Shown here one piece after another: positions 52,662 through 63,661 of a stretch of DNA of 64,000 nucleotides. Where the stretch lies: the NCBI GenBank assembly GCA_023301465.1, contig JALZUQ010000001.1:105225-169224 (forward strand). Reading direction: 5' to 3'. The position numbers and the translations under genes were made by a program. The notes beneath the pieces were generated by a model. It was not told the origin of the DNA, made no database searches, and was given only the letters and a program-made list of their open reading frames with translations. The first letter of the stretch is position 1. Each line of letters opens with the position of its first letter. This stretch comes from Oligoflexales bacterium (GTDB taxonomy: Bacteria; Bdellovibrionota_B; Oligoflexia; Oligoflexales; JALZUQ01).

Positions 52662-53570
52662 ATGAAACTATTGATCCTATTCTTAAGCCTTATTTCGTTA
52701 ACTGCTTTAAGTCTCGACCTAAAATTACCTGCAGAACAAAGGTGGGCAACCGGTAAAGGGCTTGCTCTTGGAAACGGTGGTGTTGCTACGGTTTCTGATT
52801 TGTCTGCACTTCAAGTAAACCCAGCCAACATTGCAGTTAAGCAAGACTATGAAATGTCGGCCTCTTATCTGTGGGCTTCTTATGGTCGTGATGTTTGGCG
52901 TGCTGGTGTAAAAGATTCCAAGAGTTCACAGATTGCTGGAGCAATTGTTTACACTGGTTTTTTCGAAGACTATGAACCCATCACAGACTCATCCCAAAAG
53001 GGTGACTCCGCTGTTGAGAGCAGAATTTCTGCAGCATTTGCATCAAAGCTTGGAAAATTAAATGTCGGAATCGGTGGTGATTATGTTCAAGCATTTAAAA
53101 ATAATACAGCAGAAATTGAAAAAGGGGTGACGTTTAATGTTGGCCTTCAAATGAATATTGGTAAGTCGATTGCACTAGGTGCCAGTGCGATAAACCTTGC
53201 AAATAAAAGGTTTCAAAACGTTTCTCCACAGGCTTACCGTGCTGGCATTAGTTGGGTTGCTGGTGGTTTGATGGTTAATTTTGATTACCACCACCGAGAA
53301 AGAACACCTGATGAGAATAGTTCTTATAGCGGGCTTATTTCTGAACAACTTCTTTCGGCATCAGCGGTTTTTGAATATCAAAAATATATTGAGGTTATGG
53401 GTTCATATGGAAAATCCGTTGCAAAATATGATGACCTGCAGCTTGTGGGTGCTGGAGTTGGCTTAAAAACTGATTATTTTAAACTAAGCTATATGGTGGG
53501 CTGGCCAAATTTTAGTCAAAAGATCAAAGAAACTCAGTCGGTTACAGCATCAGCTTTGATTAAACTTTAG
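52662..53570 (+). CDS. Putative outer-membrane beta-barrel protein (start at ATG 52662, after GGAGGG)
   Basis: Signal peptide MKLLILFLSLISLTALS. Alternating hydrophobic beta-strand pattern with frequent aromatic girdles. No specific family recognised. Confidence 0.4.
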   Translation: MKLLILFLSLISLTALSLDLKLPAEQRWATGKGLALGNGGVATVSDLSALQVNPANIAVKQDYEMSASYLWASYGRDVWRAGVKDSKSSQIAGAIVYTGFFEDYEPITDSSQKGDSAVESRISAAFASKLGKLNVGIGGDYVQAFKNNTAEIEKGVTFNVGLQMNIGKSIALGASAINLANKRFQNVSPQAYRAGISWVAGGLMVNFDYHHRERTPDENSSYSGLISEQLLSASAVFEYQKYIEVMGSYGKSVAKYDDLQLVGAGVGLKTDYFKLSYMVGWPNFSQKIKETQSVTASALIKL

Positions 53571-53708
53571 TCTTTTTAGACATATTAATTGACCGGCCAG
53601 CCAAAGGCTGTTAGATTGTCTTTAGAACTCTTACTACAAATTTAGCAATCCTTAAATAAAACGGGCAAAGTCTTCGAGCACGTCTCTTTAGTCGGTGCGA
53701 TTTTAAGT

Positions 53709-54944
53709 CTATGGAAAACGTTTTGAAAGCGGAACATCACTTCTTCCGCCTGTGCTCCAGAACTCTTTACTTGATGTCTTTGATGGAACAAAATTTCCGT
53801 AATGTTTTACGATTTTATCTCCAATTACTTTTGATACATGCCTATAAGCAGTTAGCTTGCCGCCATAAAGTGTAAATAATATATTCCTATCAAAGGTGTG
53901 TTCACCAAGTCTAAATCCTCTGGAAGTATCGCCAATATTGTCTTTGGAGGAAGCTAACCAACGGAGTCCCGCAAACTCATGGAGAATGTCTTTTTGCTGG
54001 AGGGGTTCTTTGAGATAGGTATTGGTTTTTTTCAGTAGATACTCGATGTCTTCTTGCTCAACCTTTGCATTGTCAGGGGTTCCTTCGTGAAGAGACTCCG
54101 TTGTGCCCAGTAGGGTTTTACCGTGCCATGGCAGTAAGAAAAAAATTCGATCATCTTCAAAAGACTGTAAAAACAATCCTTTTTTGAGCCCAATATCATC
54201 AAAGACTAGGTGTATGCCTTTGATGTTCACGCCATTATAAATTGGTTTAATGTTATTTTGTTCCAATAAGAAATTAGACCAAGGCCCAGTGGTATTGACG
54301 AGGTACTGACAACTTATGTCTTGCTCGCCTTCAGAGTCTCTCACCCGTACAATCCAACCATTTTCGTCTTTGGTTATTTTGAGGACGGTCGCGTTTTCAG
54401 TAATTCCTGCACCAAGTTCACTGGCCGATCTTGCAACTCTCTCTACAAGAGACAGGTCATCTGTTTGACCATCCCAAAAAGAATAAACTTTTTTGATATC
54501 AGACTGACGTAAGAAAGGCATTTCTTGAGCAACCTGTTCAGTGCTAATGCCCTTGTGGTTTTCAAAGCCATCTCTCCCTGCAAGCAGGTCATAAAGTGAT
54601 AACCCTGCTTTAACCATCCACCAAGGCATTCCGCCCTTTTTGTAAATAGGGAAGTAGAATTCAATAGGGTTCATGATGTCCGGTGCTAACTCGGCAAGAA
54701 GTTTGCGTTCGTGTAGCCCCTCCTTTACAAGCCCATAGTCGCGTATTTTTTTGAGATATCTGAGGCCGCCATGGATTAACTTTGTAGACTTAGAGCTAGT
54801 TCCAGAAGCGAGTGAGCTTTTTTCTACAAGGTGAACATCTTTCCACCCCCTCGAACTTAAGTCATGAAGAACGCCTACGCCATGTATACCGCCACCGATA
54901 ACAAGGACACGAACACGTTTAGGCAGGGGGCTTTTATAAAGCAT
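53709..54944 (-). CDS. glpD: FAD-dependent glycerol-3-phosphate dehydrogenase GlpD (start moved to Met30 of the ORF)
   Basis: VLVIGGGIHGVG dinucleotide-binding motif directly after the proposed start. GTSSKSTKLIHGGLRYL motif typical of GlpD. Confidence 0.8.
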   Translation of the reverse strand: MLYKSPLPKRVRVLVIGGGIHGVGVLHDLSSRGWKDVHLVEKSSLASGTSSKSTKLIHGGLRYLKKIRDYGLVKEGLHERKLLAELAPDIMNPIEFYFPIYKKGGMPWWMVKAGLSLYDLLAGRDGFENHKGISTEQVAQEMPFLRQSDIKKVYSFWDGQTDDLSLVERVARSASELGAGITENATVLKITKDENGWIVRVRDSEGEQDISCQYLVNTTGPWSNFLLEQNNIKPIYNGVNIKGIHLVFDDIGLKKGLFLQSFEDDRIFFLLPWHGKTLLGTTESLHEGTPDNAKVEQEDIEYLLKKTNTYLKEPLQQKDILHEFAGLRWLASSKDNIGDTSRGFRLGEHTFDRNILFTLYGGKLTAYRHVSKVIGDKIVKHYGNFVPSKTSSKEFWSTGGRSDVPLSKRFP

Positions 54945-55035
54945 TTTATCTCCAGCATTTATTTTACTCAGGATTATTATTGTATTACCATTTAAGGAGA
55001 GAAACTTCCAAGTTGTTAATAAATGAGGCAAGTCA

Positions 55036-55620
55036 GTGGCATATATTAAAAATAAAATAAAAAGAGAACGTCGTTATTTTTCTCATGCAAGTGCAGATGT
55101 TAAAACCAGTAGTTGGAATCCATTTAGTCGATCTTCAGCTGTTCTGCTGGATATCAGCCAACATGGGTTTAAAATTGAGCTAAAGGGCTCAAAGACTCTT
55201 AAAGCAGCACAGGCTTTTTGGCTAAGAATAAAGTTGAGCTCTTTTGATATTAACACTCCAAAGTTCTTAGAAGCATATGTGACAACTGTTTGGTTTGACA
55301 AGGTTTCGAATACTGGGGGAGGGGTGTTTTCTGACCTTACAAAAGAGAAAGAAGATATTATTGATAGAGTGCTAGATTACTTGCAAGAAAATCAACCAGA
55401 AGTGCTGTCTTCAAATTTTGATCCTACAGAGGAGTTTTCAGAAAACTCTGACTCCAGTGATGAAGAGGATGATGACGACAATGACCAACAAACAAAATCA
55501 AAAAAACACAAAAAGCCTAAAAAGAAAAAAAAGAAGAATTCATTCGAAGACGACTTGGATGATGATATAGATGATGACCCTGAAATGGATGTAGACATAG
55601 ATGATTTATTAGACGATTAG
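55036..55620 (+). CDS. PilZ-domain protein with extreme acidic/basic/acidic C-terminal tail
   Basis: LDISQHG (DxSxxG) and VTTVWFDK...GGGVF fit the PilZ fold. The N-terminal motif is RERRYFSH, so the canonical RxxxR is altered. Tail: SDSSDEEDDDDND-KSKKHKKPKKKKKKN-DDLDDDIDDDPEMDVDIDDLLDD. Confidence 0.6.
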   Translation: MAYIKNKIKRERRYFSHASADVKTSSWNPFSRSSAVLLDISQHGFKIELKGSKTLKAAQAFWLRIKLSSFDINTPKFLEAYVTTVWFDKVSNTGGGVFSDLTKEKEDIIDRVLDYLQENQPEVLSSNFDPTEEFSENSDSSDEEDDDDNDQQTKSKKHKKPKKKKKKNSFEDDLDDDIDDDPEMDVDIDDLLDD

Positions 55621-55737
55621 TACTCAGTTTCTTCCTTCAACTTCAAATAAAACCCGCTATATGGTATGTCTTAACGGCTATTGCTATTTTTTAAGTCAGT
55701 TATTTCGATGTTTATTGCATCATTGAGTGGAGTTGTT

Positions 55738-57057
55738 ATGGCGTTTCGTAAGTATGCAACGAAGTCCCCTAAGGGGAGCGGAAAAGCGGTATTTGTGGAT
55801 GGGGTTCGTTCTCCTTTCGTGAAATCCTTTGGTGTGTTTGATGAGTGCGATAGTCTTGAGTTATTTTCAAGGGTCACCTCTGGTCTACTAAGAAGACAGA
55901 ACTTTGATGTGAACGAATTAGACCAAATCATTGCTGGTGCAGTTGTCCCTCAAACAAAAAATCCAAATGTTGCACGCGATGCAATTATTAATTTAAACCT
56001 GCCTCCCCATATTCATGGCTACACCCTCAACAGGGCTTGTACGACAAGCTTGCAAACAGCTATTGATGCCGTAAATACTATTCGAATTGGTAAGCCAGAA
56101 TTAATTTTAGCTGGCGGAGTGGAAACTCTGAGCGATGTTCCAATTGTTTACTCTAAGTCTGCAAGAAAATTTATGCTTCAACTTTCAAAAGCAAAAACAA
56201 CTGCAGGCAAATTAAATTTATTAACGAAATTTTCTGTGAATGCTTGGATGCCAAAACCACCCAGTCTTTCAGAGCCTTTAACTGGGCTCACGATGGGGCA
56301 GCACGCTGAGATCATGGCAAAGAAAAATAATATCAGCCGTGAATCTCAAGATCAGTTTGCGTATGACTCTCACATGAAAGCAGCAGCTGCAAGAAAAGAA
56401 GGAAGATTCAAAGACGAGATTGTTCCAATTTGGGCTCCGCCAAAATACTCCAAGATGATTGGTGAGGACGATCTTGTGCGTGAAGACACAAGCATTGAAA
56501 AACTACAAACGTTGAGACCAGTATTTGATAAAAAGTACGGAACAATTTCTGCAGGAAACTCTTCTCCTATTACAGATGGAGCTTCAGTTTGCTTGATTGG
56601 AGATGAACAGCGAGTAAAAGACTTAGGTCTTACCCCAAAAACTAGAATTGTTGATTACGCATTTGTTGGCCTTGATCCAAACGATCAACTTTTGATTGGG
56701 CCTGCGGTTGCTATCCCGCTTTTGTTGCAAAGAAACAACCTCAAAAAATCAGATATAGATTTATTTGAAATCCACGAAGCTTTTGCTGCTCAGGTGCTTT
56801 CTTGCTTGAGGTCTATGGAGTCTGATGATTTTTGCAAGGACCACCTTGGAATGAGTAAAGCTTTTGGTGAGATTGATCCTGAAAAACTAAATGTAAATGG
56901 AGGAGCTATTGCTCTTGGTCACCCGTTTGGTGCAACTGGAGTTCGGTTGATTTCTACATTAAGTAACGAGCTTATAAGAAGTGATAAGAGGTTAGGTGTA
57001 GTTGCTGTATGTGCTGCCGGTGGTATTGCTTGTGCAATGTTAGTGGAGAGGGTTTAA
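55738..57057 (+). CDS. fadI: 3-ketoacyl-CoA thiolase, FadI-type (start at ATG 55738, after GGAG)
   Basis: Collinear with E. coli FadI from memory: VDGVRSPF, LNRACTTSLQ (active-site Cys), the FadI-specific insertion around KLNLLTKF, and NVNGGAIALGHPFGATG...CAAGG. Confidence 0.85.
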   Translation: MAFRKYATKSPKGSGKAVFVDGVRSPFVKSFGVFDECDSLELFSRVTSGLLRRQNFDVNELDQIIAGAVVPQTKNPNVARDAIINLNLPPHIHGYTLNRACTTSLQTAIDAVNTIRIGKPELILAGGVETLSDVPIVYSKSARKFMLQLSKAKTTAGKLNLLTKFSVNAWMPKPPSLSEPLTGLTMGQHAEIMAKKNNISRESQDQFAYDSHMKAAAARKEGRFKDEIVPIWAPPKYSKMIGEDDLVREDTSIEKLQTLRPVFDKKYGTISAGNSSPITDGASVCLIGDEQRVKDLGLTPKTRIVDYAFVGLDPNDQLLIGPAVAIPLLLQRNNLKKSDIDLFEIHEAFAAQVLSCLRSMESDDFCKDHLGMSKAFGEIDPEKLNVNGGAIALGHPFGATGVRLISTLSNELIRSDKRLGVVAVCAAGGIACAMLVERV

Positions 57058-57058
57058 G

Positions 57059-59200
57059 ATGTCGAAATTTTTTAAGTATGAAACAAAAGACAATGTAGGT
57101 GTTTTGACCTTTGATCGAAGCGATAAGGAAATGAACATCTTGTCAAAAGAGGTCTTAGCAGATTTTGAGTCACAACTTAAAATGGTGGGTTCTCAAGACC
57201 TTCAAGGACTTGTTATCATATCGGGTAAGCCGGATCATTTTATTGTGGGTGCCGATATATCCGATATCGAATCTCTTGATACTCCAGAGGCAGCTCAAGC
57301 TGGCTCAGCAGCAATGCAAGCAATCTTTGAAACTTTAGCAAACCTAAAACCAACAACGGTTGCAGCTATTCATGGTGCGTGCCTTGGTGGTGGCTTAGAG
57401 ATGGCGTTGGCTTGTGACTATAGAATTTGCACAAAATCACCCAAGACAAAGCTTGGTCTGCCAGAAATTCAACTTGGGATTATTCCGGGAGCTGGTGGAA
57501 CTCAGAGACTTCCTCGTTTAGTTGGAATCCAAAAAGCTTTAGATCTTATTTTGACCGGGAAAAAACTAGAAGGAAAGAGATCTTCTAAAGCAGGCTTAGT
57601 AGATGCCCTTGTAGAAAAAGAGATACTTTTAGATCAAGCCATCAAGCTTTCTATAGATAAGCCTGTGCGAAAATCCCAAATGGATGCAACTCGTTGGGCA
57701 ACAGAAGGCAATCCTATAGGCAGAAAAGTAGTTGAGAAAAAAGCCAGAGAAATGGCGAATTCAAAAACAAAGGGGAAGTACCCCGCATCAGACAAAGCGA
57801 TTGATGCTGTGTTTCAGGGTTTTGATAAATCCATCAAAGAGGGCTTGGCGATCGAGGCTAGGATTTTTGGAGAGCTGTCACAAACGGCAGTTTGTAAGAG
57901 TTTAATTCATCTTTATCACGCAACAACCAACATAAAAAAGAATAAGTATATTGATGCGGCTAAAGAAAAATTTGGATCAAAAAAGGTTAAGCGAACAGGT
58001 ATTGTCGGTGCGGGCTTTATGGGCGGCGGTATTGCAACTGTTTGTGCAAGCAAAGGCATCGAATCTTGTTTATCTGATCCATCTGCAGAATCAAATGGAA
58101 GTGTTCTTAAAAGTGCACGCAAGTTCTTTTCAAAGCGTGCAGACCGCAAAATCATCAAGCGTTTTCAAGTAGATCAAAGCATGAACTTAATTCAGCCAGG
58201 GCTAGATACGACTGGTTTTGAAAACTGTGATTTGGTAATTGAAGCTGTTTTCGAAAGCCTTGACCTGAAACAAAAAATCCTTGCAGGGTTAGAACAAAAA
58301 AACATTTCGGAGGACTGGTTTTTTGCGAGTAATACTTCGGCACTCCCCATTAAAGACGTTGCTTCAAAAAGCAAGTTTCCTGAAAAGGTCGTGGGTATGC
58401 ATTTCTTTTCACCCGTTGAAAAAATGCCACTTTTAGAAGTTGTGAAGACAGACAAGACAGCCGATTGGGTTACGGGTCGAGCGGTTCAAATGGGCCAAGA
58501 CATGGGCAAACAAGTGATTGTTGTAGAAGATGGCCCGGGCTTCTACACAACGAGAGCTTTGGCATTCTACCTGTGTGAGGCCGCTCTATTAATTCATGAG
58601 GGCGTTCCAATTGAAACAATTGATAAGGCGTTGGTGTCGTTTGGATACCCTGTTGGACCAGTACTGTTGATAGATGAGGTGGGAGTGGATGTTTCTATTC
58701 ACATCCTTGATTTTATGATAAAAACCTACCCTGACAGAATGCAGACTCCGGGAAATCTTTCTGCCATGGAAGAAAAGAAACTGTTTGGCCGCAAGACTTC
58801 CAAGGGTTTTTACTTATATCAAAATGATAAAAAAACGGGAGTCAACCCAGAGATCTATAATGTGCTAGGGGTAAGTTCTTCTAAGCCAAAGGTATTGCCG
58901 GTTGACGAGATCATTGATCGCTGTAATTTACTTTTTATAAACGAATCAGTTCGATGTTTAGAAGAAAATATTTTATCGGATGCATACTCTGGCGACGTAG
59001 GTGCTGTATTTGGGCTTGGTTTCCCACCATTTTTGGGCGGACCTTTCAAATATTGTGATCAAGTGGGTTGCGATGTTATCATAGACAAGTTAAGAGCACT
59101 TCAAGACAAATATGGAAAGCGGTTTGAGCCAGCTGATATGCTTGTTGAGATGGCAAAGAATAAAGCAAAGTTTTTCCCCGATGAAGGGATTGCAAAATAA
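57059..59200 (+). CDS. fadJ: Fatty-acid oxidation complex alpha subunit (enoyl-CoA hydratase / 3-hydroxyacyl-CoA dehydrogenase), FadJ-type
   Basis: 713 aa. Crotonase domain (GACLGGGLEMALACDYR), then the NAD-binding GIVGAGFMGGGIA and 3HCDH domains. Thiolase-first gene order, as in fadIJ. Confidence 0.85.
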   Translation: MSKFFKYETKDNVGVLTFDRSDKEMNILSKEVLADFESQLKMVGSQDLQGLVIISGKPDHFIVGADISDIESLDTPEAAQAGSAAMQAIFETLANLKPTTVAAIHGACLGGGLEMALACDYRICTKSPKTKLGLPEIQLGIIPGAGGTQRLPRLVGIQKALDLILTGKKLEGKRSSKAGLVDALVEKEILLDQAIKLSIDKPVRKSQMDATRWATEGNPIGRKVVEKKAREMANSKTKGKYPASDKAIDAVFQGFDKSIKEGLAIEARIFGELSQTAVCKSLIHLYHATTNIKKNKYIDAAKEKFGSKKVKRTGIVGAGFMGGGIATVCASKGIESCLSDPSAESNGSVLKSARKFFSKRADRKIIKRFQVDQSMNLIQPGLDTTGFENCDLVIEAVFESLDLKQKILAGLEQKNISEDWFFASNTSALPIKDVASKSKFPEKVVGMHFFSPVEKMPLLEVVKTDKTADWVTGRAVQMGQDMGKQVIVVEDGPGFYTTRALAFYLCEAALLIHEGVPIETIDKALVSFGYPVGPVLLIDEVGVDVSIHILDFMIKTYPDRMQTPGNLSAMEEKKLFGRKTSKGFYLYQNDKKTGVNPEIYNVLGVSSSKPKVLPVDEIIDRCNLLFINESVRCLEENILSDAYSGDVGAVFGLGFPPFLGGPFKYCDQVGCDVIIDKLRALQDKYGKRFEPADMLVEMAKNKAKFFPDEGIAK

Positions 59201-59251
59201 ATTACAAAAATATGATTTATAAATAACGTTTGTAGAAAAGAAGAGGTCGCT

Positions 59252-59929
59252 TTGAACATTTTACGTTTTGTTAACACTACAATTGGTCAAAAAATACTGA
59301 TGGCACTAACGGGTTTAGCTATCGTAGGTTTTGTGGTTGCTCACCTAACAGGGAACTTGCTTCTTTATGTTGGGCCAGATGCTATCAACGCATACGCTTA
59401 CGGCTTGAAGTCAGAGCCAACGATTTATTTGATTTGGGCTGCAAGGGCAGGCCTACTTTTCTTTTTTGGTTTTCACACCATCAAAGGAATCATGCTAACC
59501 CTATCAGCTCGCCGTGCTTCTCCTAAGTACGCGGTAAGCCATACAAATAAGGCGAGTGTATTTTCTCGCTCGATGATTTATACGGGCGTTGTTCTTTTAT
59601 TGTTTGTGCTTTTTCATTTAGCACACTTCACTTTTATGTGTATCAATCCAGAGTTTAAGTCTTTGACAGATGAACTTGGTCGCCATGATGTTTACAGTAT
59701 GGTGGTTGCTAGTTTTCAGGTGCCTTGGATAAGCTTGCTCTATATTATTTCTATGTTGGCATTGTGGATGCATCTTTGTCATGGAGCTTCTTCTGTTTTT
59801 AGAAGCTTGGGTGTTTCTCATCCAAGTTGGGTTTTGTGGACAGACAAAGTCGGGCCAACAATAGCTACGGTATTATTATTAGGAAATTGTTCGTTGCCGC
59901 TTTCTGTGTGGCTTGGGTTTATAAAATAA
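59252..59929 (+). CDS. sdhC: Succinate dehydrogenase/fumarate reductase cytochrome b subunit (single-subunit, five-TM b558 type)
   Basis: 225 aa with five TM helices carrying conserved His residues. Lies directly upstream of sdhA-sdhB. Confidence 0.75.
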   Translation: MNILRFVNTTIGQKILMALTGLAIVGFVVAHLTGNLLLYVGPDAINAYAYGLKSEPTIYLIWAARAGLLFFFGFHTIKGIMLTLSARRASPKYAVSHTNKASVFSRSMIYTGVVLLLFVLFHLAHFTFMCINPEFKSLTDELGRHDVYSMVVASFQVPWISLLYIISMLALWMHLCHGASSVFRSLGVSHPSWVLWTDKVGPTIATVLLLGNCSLPLSVWLGFIK

Positions 59930-59956
59930 AAAAACATCTCTTACGAAGGAGTGACC

Positions 59957-61867
59957 ATGCAGTTTGATTCAAATTCCCCTAAAGGTCCTATTGAAGATCA
60001 GTGGACAAAACATAAGTTTGATTTAAAGCTTGTGAATCCAGCTAACAAAAGAAAATACAAAGTCATTGTAATTGGCTCAGGTTTGGCAGGTGCTTCTGCA
60101 TCAGCAACCCTTGGAGAGCTTGGGTACAATGTAAGCTGTTTTTGTTTTCAAGATAGTCCTCGACGTGCTCATAGTATTGCGGCTCAAGGCGGGATTAACG
60201 CAGCAAAAAACTATCAAAATGATGGTGATAGTGTTCACAGGTTGTTTTACGACACGGTAAAAGGCGGTGATTTTCGTTCACGTGAAAGCAATGTTCATAG
60301 ACTTTCAGAAGTAAGCAGAAATATTATTGATCAGTGTGTTGCCCAAGGTGTTCCTTTTGCGAGAGAGTACGGTGGTACCCTCGCAAACAGATCGTTTGGC
60401 GGTGCTCAGGTCTCAAGGACTTTCTATGCAAGAGGTCAAACAGGCCAACAACTTTTGTTGGGTGCCTACGGTGCATTAAACAGACAAATTAAAACCAAAA
60501 AAGTGACCATGTACTCTCGTCATGAAATGGTTGAGTTAGTGGTGGTTGATGGTCATGCGAAGGGTGTTGTAGTCAGAGACTTGGTCTCTGGAGAAGTGAC
60601 AACTCATAGTGCTGATGCTGTGGTGATGGCCTCTGGTGGGTATGGAAATGTTTTCTATCTTTCAACAAATGCAAAAGGTTGTAACGTCACAGCAACGTAC
60701 CGTGCTTACCGAAAAGGAGCTGGCTTTGCGAATCCTTGTTATACTCAAATTCACCCAACATGTATCCCGGTAAGTGGAGATCACCAATCAAAGCTAACCC
60801 TCATGTCTGAGTCATTAAGAAACGATGGCCGTGTTTGGGTTCCAAAAAAGAAGGGCGACAACAGAAAGCCTGCTGATATTCCAGAAGATGAAAGAGACTA
60901 CTATCTTGAAAGAAAGTATCCGAGCTTCGGAAATTTAAGTCCAAGAGACATTGCTTCTCGTAGTGCAAAAGAAGTTTGTGATGCAGGTTATGGGGTAGGG
61001 CCAACTGGTTTAGGTGTCTATCTTGATTTTGCAGATGCGATCAAACGCATGGGAAAAGAAACTATAGCTGCTCGCTACGGTAACTTGTTTGAGATGTACG
61101 AGCGAATCACCGATGAAAATCCATATGAAAGACCTATGAGAATTTACCCGGCTGTTCATTATACAATGGGTGGTTTGTGGGTAGACTATAATTTGATGAG
61201 TAACTTAAAAGGTTTATTCGTGGTTGGAGAGGCAAACTTCTCTGATCATGGTTCCAATAGACTTGGGGCATCAGCTTTAATGCAGGGGTTAGCTGATGGC
61301 TATTTCGTATTGCCGTATACAATTGGTAATTACTTAGCAGGTCAAAAACCGGGTGCAAGTGACAACAGCCCAGAATTCAAAAAGGCTTTAGATGAAGCAA
61401 ATGACAAAATCAAAAAATTAATGTCACTTAAGGGTTCAAAATCTATTGATTACTTCCACAAGAAGCTAGGAAAAGTCATGTGGGAAAACTGTGGTATGGC
61501 TCGCACAAAAGAGACCCTAACAAAAGCTATTGAAGAAATCCCAAAAATACGAGCCGAGTTCTGGGCCGATGTAAACGTACCAGGTGATTCTGATGATATG
61601 AATCAATCGCTTGAAAAAGCAGGTCGTGTGGCTGACTTTTTAGAGTTTGCTGAGATGATGTGTATGGACGCTCTAACAAGAGAAGAGTCTTGCGGTGGTC
61701 ACTTTAGACTAGAACATCAAACCGAAGATGGTGAGGCGGTACGAGACGATGAGAATTTTTGTCATGCGGCTATTTGGATGCATGAAGGTGATGACAAAAA
61801 ACCTAGCAGACACAAAGAAGAACTTAAGTTCGAGAACGTGAAGCTCAGCACAAGGAGTTACAAGTAA
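59957..61867 (+). CDS. sdhA: Succinate dehydrogenase/fumarate reductase flavoprotein subunit (start at ATG 59957, after GGAG)
   Basis: [16 protein letters not shown] motif, [14 protein letters not shown] (covalent FAD His), [16 protein letters not shown]. Confidence 0.93.
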   Translation: MQFDSNSPKGPIEDQWTKHKFDLKLVNPANKRKYKVIVIGSGLAGASASATLGELGYNVSCFCFQDSPRRAHSIAAQGGINAAKNYQNDGDSVHRLFYDTVKGGDFRSRESNVHRLSEVSRNIIDQCVAQGVPFAREYGGTLANRSFGGAQVSRTFYARGQTGQQLLLGAYGALNRQIKTKKVTMYSRHEMVELVVVDGHAKGVVVRDLVSGEVTTHSADAVVMASGGYGNVFYLSTNAKGCNVTATYRAYRKGAGFANPCYTQIHPTCIPVSGDHQSKLTLMSESLRNDGRVWVPKKKGDNRKPADIPEDERDYYLERKYPSFGNLSPRDIASRSAKEVCDAGYGVGPTGLGVYLDFADAIKRMGKETIAARYGNLFEMYERITDENPYERPMRIYPAVHYTMGGLWVDYNLMSNLKGLFVVGEANFSDHGSNRLGASALMQGLADGYFVLPYTIGNYLAGQKPGASDNSPEFKKALDEANDKIKKLMSLKGSKSIDYFHKKLGKVMWENCGMARTKETLTKAIEEIPKIRAEFWADVNVPGDSDDMNQSLEKAGRVADFLEFAEMMCMDALTREESCGGHFRLEHQTEDGEAVRDDENFCHAAIWMHEGDDKKPSRHKEELKFENVKLSTRSYK

Positions 61868-62622
61868 TGAAATTTTCTCTAAAAGTTTGGCGTCAAAAAA
61901 ACAAAAACACTAAGGGTGGGTTTGAAAAATATGAAATGAAAGAAGTGAGCCCAGATAGCTCGTTTCTCGAAATGATTGATCAATTAAATGAACAGTTAAA
62001 TACTGATGGTAAAGAGCCCGTGACTTTTGATCATGATTGCCGTGAAGGAATTTGTGGGTCATGTGCCATGGTAATTAACGGTAGGCCTCATGGTCCAACA
62101 GACGGTTCAACTACTTGCCAAGTCCACATGAGGTCTTTTAAGGATGGTGAAGAGTTAGTTTTAGAACCGTTTCGTGCTAAAGCATTTCCTGTCATAAAAG
62201 ATTTAATGGTAGACCGAACAGCTTTCGACCGAATTTCACAAGAAGGCGGTTATGTTTCTGTGAACACCGGTGCGGCTGGTGACGCAAATATTATTCCAAT
62301 CGAAAAAGAAGTAGCTGAGCAAGCATTTAATGCTGCAGCTTGTATTGGTTGTGGTGCTTGTGTTGCGGCGTGTAAGAACTCTTCAGCAATGTTGTTTGTT
62401 GGAGCAAAGGTTTCTCACCTTGCAGCAATGCCTCAAGGAGAGCCAGAAAGAGCTTCTCGTGCACTAGGAATGGTGAGAAAAATGGATGAAGAAGGCTTTG
62501 GCCATTGTACAAACCAGTTGGAGTGTGAGGCCGTTTGCCCAAAACTCATCTCATCAGAAAATATTTCAAAATTAAACAAAGAGTTTAGCATTGCGTCTTT
62601 ACTCGAACGCAAAAGCTCTTAA
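61867..62622 (+). CDS. sdhB: Succinate dehydrogenase/fumarate reductase iron-sulfur subunit
   Basis: [11 protein letters not shown] (2Fe-2S), [11 protein letters not shown] (4Fe-4S) and [12 protein letters not shown] clusters. Start overlaps the sdhA stop. Confidence 0.92.
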   Translation: MKFSLKVWRQKNKNTKGGFEKYEMKEVSPDSSFLEMIDQLNEQLNTDGKEPVTFDHDCREGICGSCAMVINGRPHGPTDGSTTCQVHMRSFKDGEELVLEPFRAKAFPVIKDLMVDRTAFDRISQEGGYVSVNTGAAGDANIIPIEKEVAEQAFNAAACIGCGACVAACKNSSAMLFVGAKVSHLAAMPQGEPERASRALGMVRKMDEEGFGHCTNQLECEAVCPKLISSENISKLNKEFSIASLLERKSS

Positions 62623-62631
62623 AGGAAAATA

Positions 62632-63363
62632 ATGTCTAGATCTTATAATAGAACACCTGAGCTCACGAGACCGATTAAAATAACTCCTCATTATACAAAA
62701 CACGCAGCGGGATCTGTGTTGATTGAATGTGGTTCAACGGTTGTTCTTTGTAACGTTACCGTTGAGCATTCTCTCCCACCTTTTTTAAGAGGAAAAAAAG
62801 ACCAAGGTTGGTTGACGGCAGAGTATGCTATGTTGCCAGCTGCGACTCACTCTAGAAACCGTAGAGAACGCTCGAAAGTTTCTGGTCGTACGCAAGAAAT
62901 TCAAAGACTCATTGGACGCACCTTACGTGGAGTAGTAGACCTTAAAAAAATTCCTGAGATGACTTTTGCTATTGATTGTGATGTTTTGCAAGCAGACGGT
63001 GGAACAAGAACGGCTTCTATTACTGGGGCGAATGTCGCTTTACAATTAGCAGTCAAAAAACTTCTTGGTGAAAAAAAACTAAAGACTAACCCTATTCAAC
63101 ACGCAGTCGCAGCGATTTCTTGTGGAATTGTAGAGGGCGAAATTTTAGTAGACTTGGACTACTCAGAAGACTCTAATGCTGACGCAGATATGAATGTTGT
63201 CTTGTTGGACGATGGAAGATTGTTAGAAATTCAAGGTACTGCAGAAAAACGCCCGTTTGATCTTGAAGAACTAAATACAATAGTAAAGTTATCTCAGGCT
63301 AGTTTAGAGCCCGTATTTAAACTTCAACAAGACGCTCTTGAAGGAAATCCTGTGGAGCTTTAG
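62632..63363 (+). CDS. rph: Ribonuclease PH
   Basis: 243 aa. RPIKITPHYTKHAAGSVLIECG, GRTQEIQRLIGR and DCDVLQADGGTRTASITGA motifs. Confidence 0.93.
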   Translation: MSRSYNRTPELTRPIKITPHYTKHAAGSVLIECGSTVVLCNVTVEHSLPPFLRGKKDQGWLTAEYAMLPAATHSRNRRERSKVSGRTQEIQRLIGRTLRGVVDLKKIPEMTFAIDCDVLQADGGTRTASITGANVALQLAVKKLLGEKKLKTNPIQHAVAAISCGIVEGEILVDLDYSEDSNADADMNVVLLDDGRLLEIQGTAEKRPFDLEELNTIVKLSQASLEPVFKLQQDALEGNPVEL

Positions 63364-63395
63364 TGTTGATAATCCTTCGATGCTACAAAGGAAGT

Positions 63396-63428
63396 AAAAA
63401 AGACAGGCTGGGGGGCCTGTCTTTTTTT
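63396..63428 (+). terminator. Rho-independent terminator after rph
   Basis: AGACAGGC-TGGGGG-GCCTGTCT GC-rich stem, followed by seven T and preceded by an A-run. Confidence 0.75.
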
Positions 63429-63661
63429 ATGTAAACCTCTTAGCCCGGGTTCGGGTTTTCTTCGGGTCAAGCCGAGAAAGTTATTTGATAAACACTAGTA
63501 TTTTCTTACCAGTGGACATGTAATAGATATCGAAAGGTGAAGATGTTGCCAATGATGCTTTTATAAGTGCCTTTTAAGGAACTAAAGTTTGGATAAGGGT
63601 GCCATAAGGTGAGTTTTTATTTGGATGTGTGGTCAAGATCACCTTAAATCATAAAGTGAGC

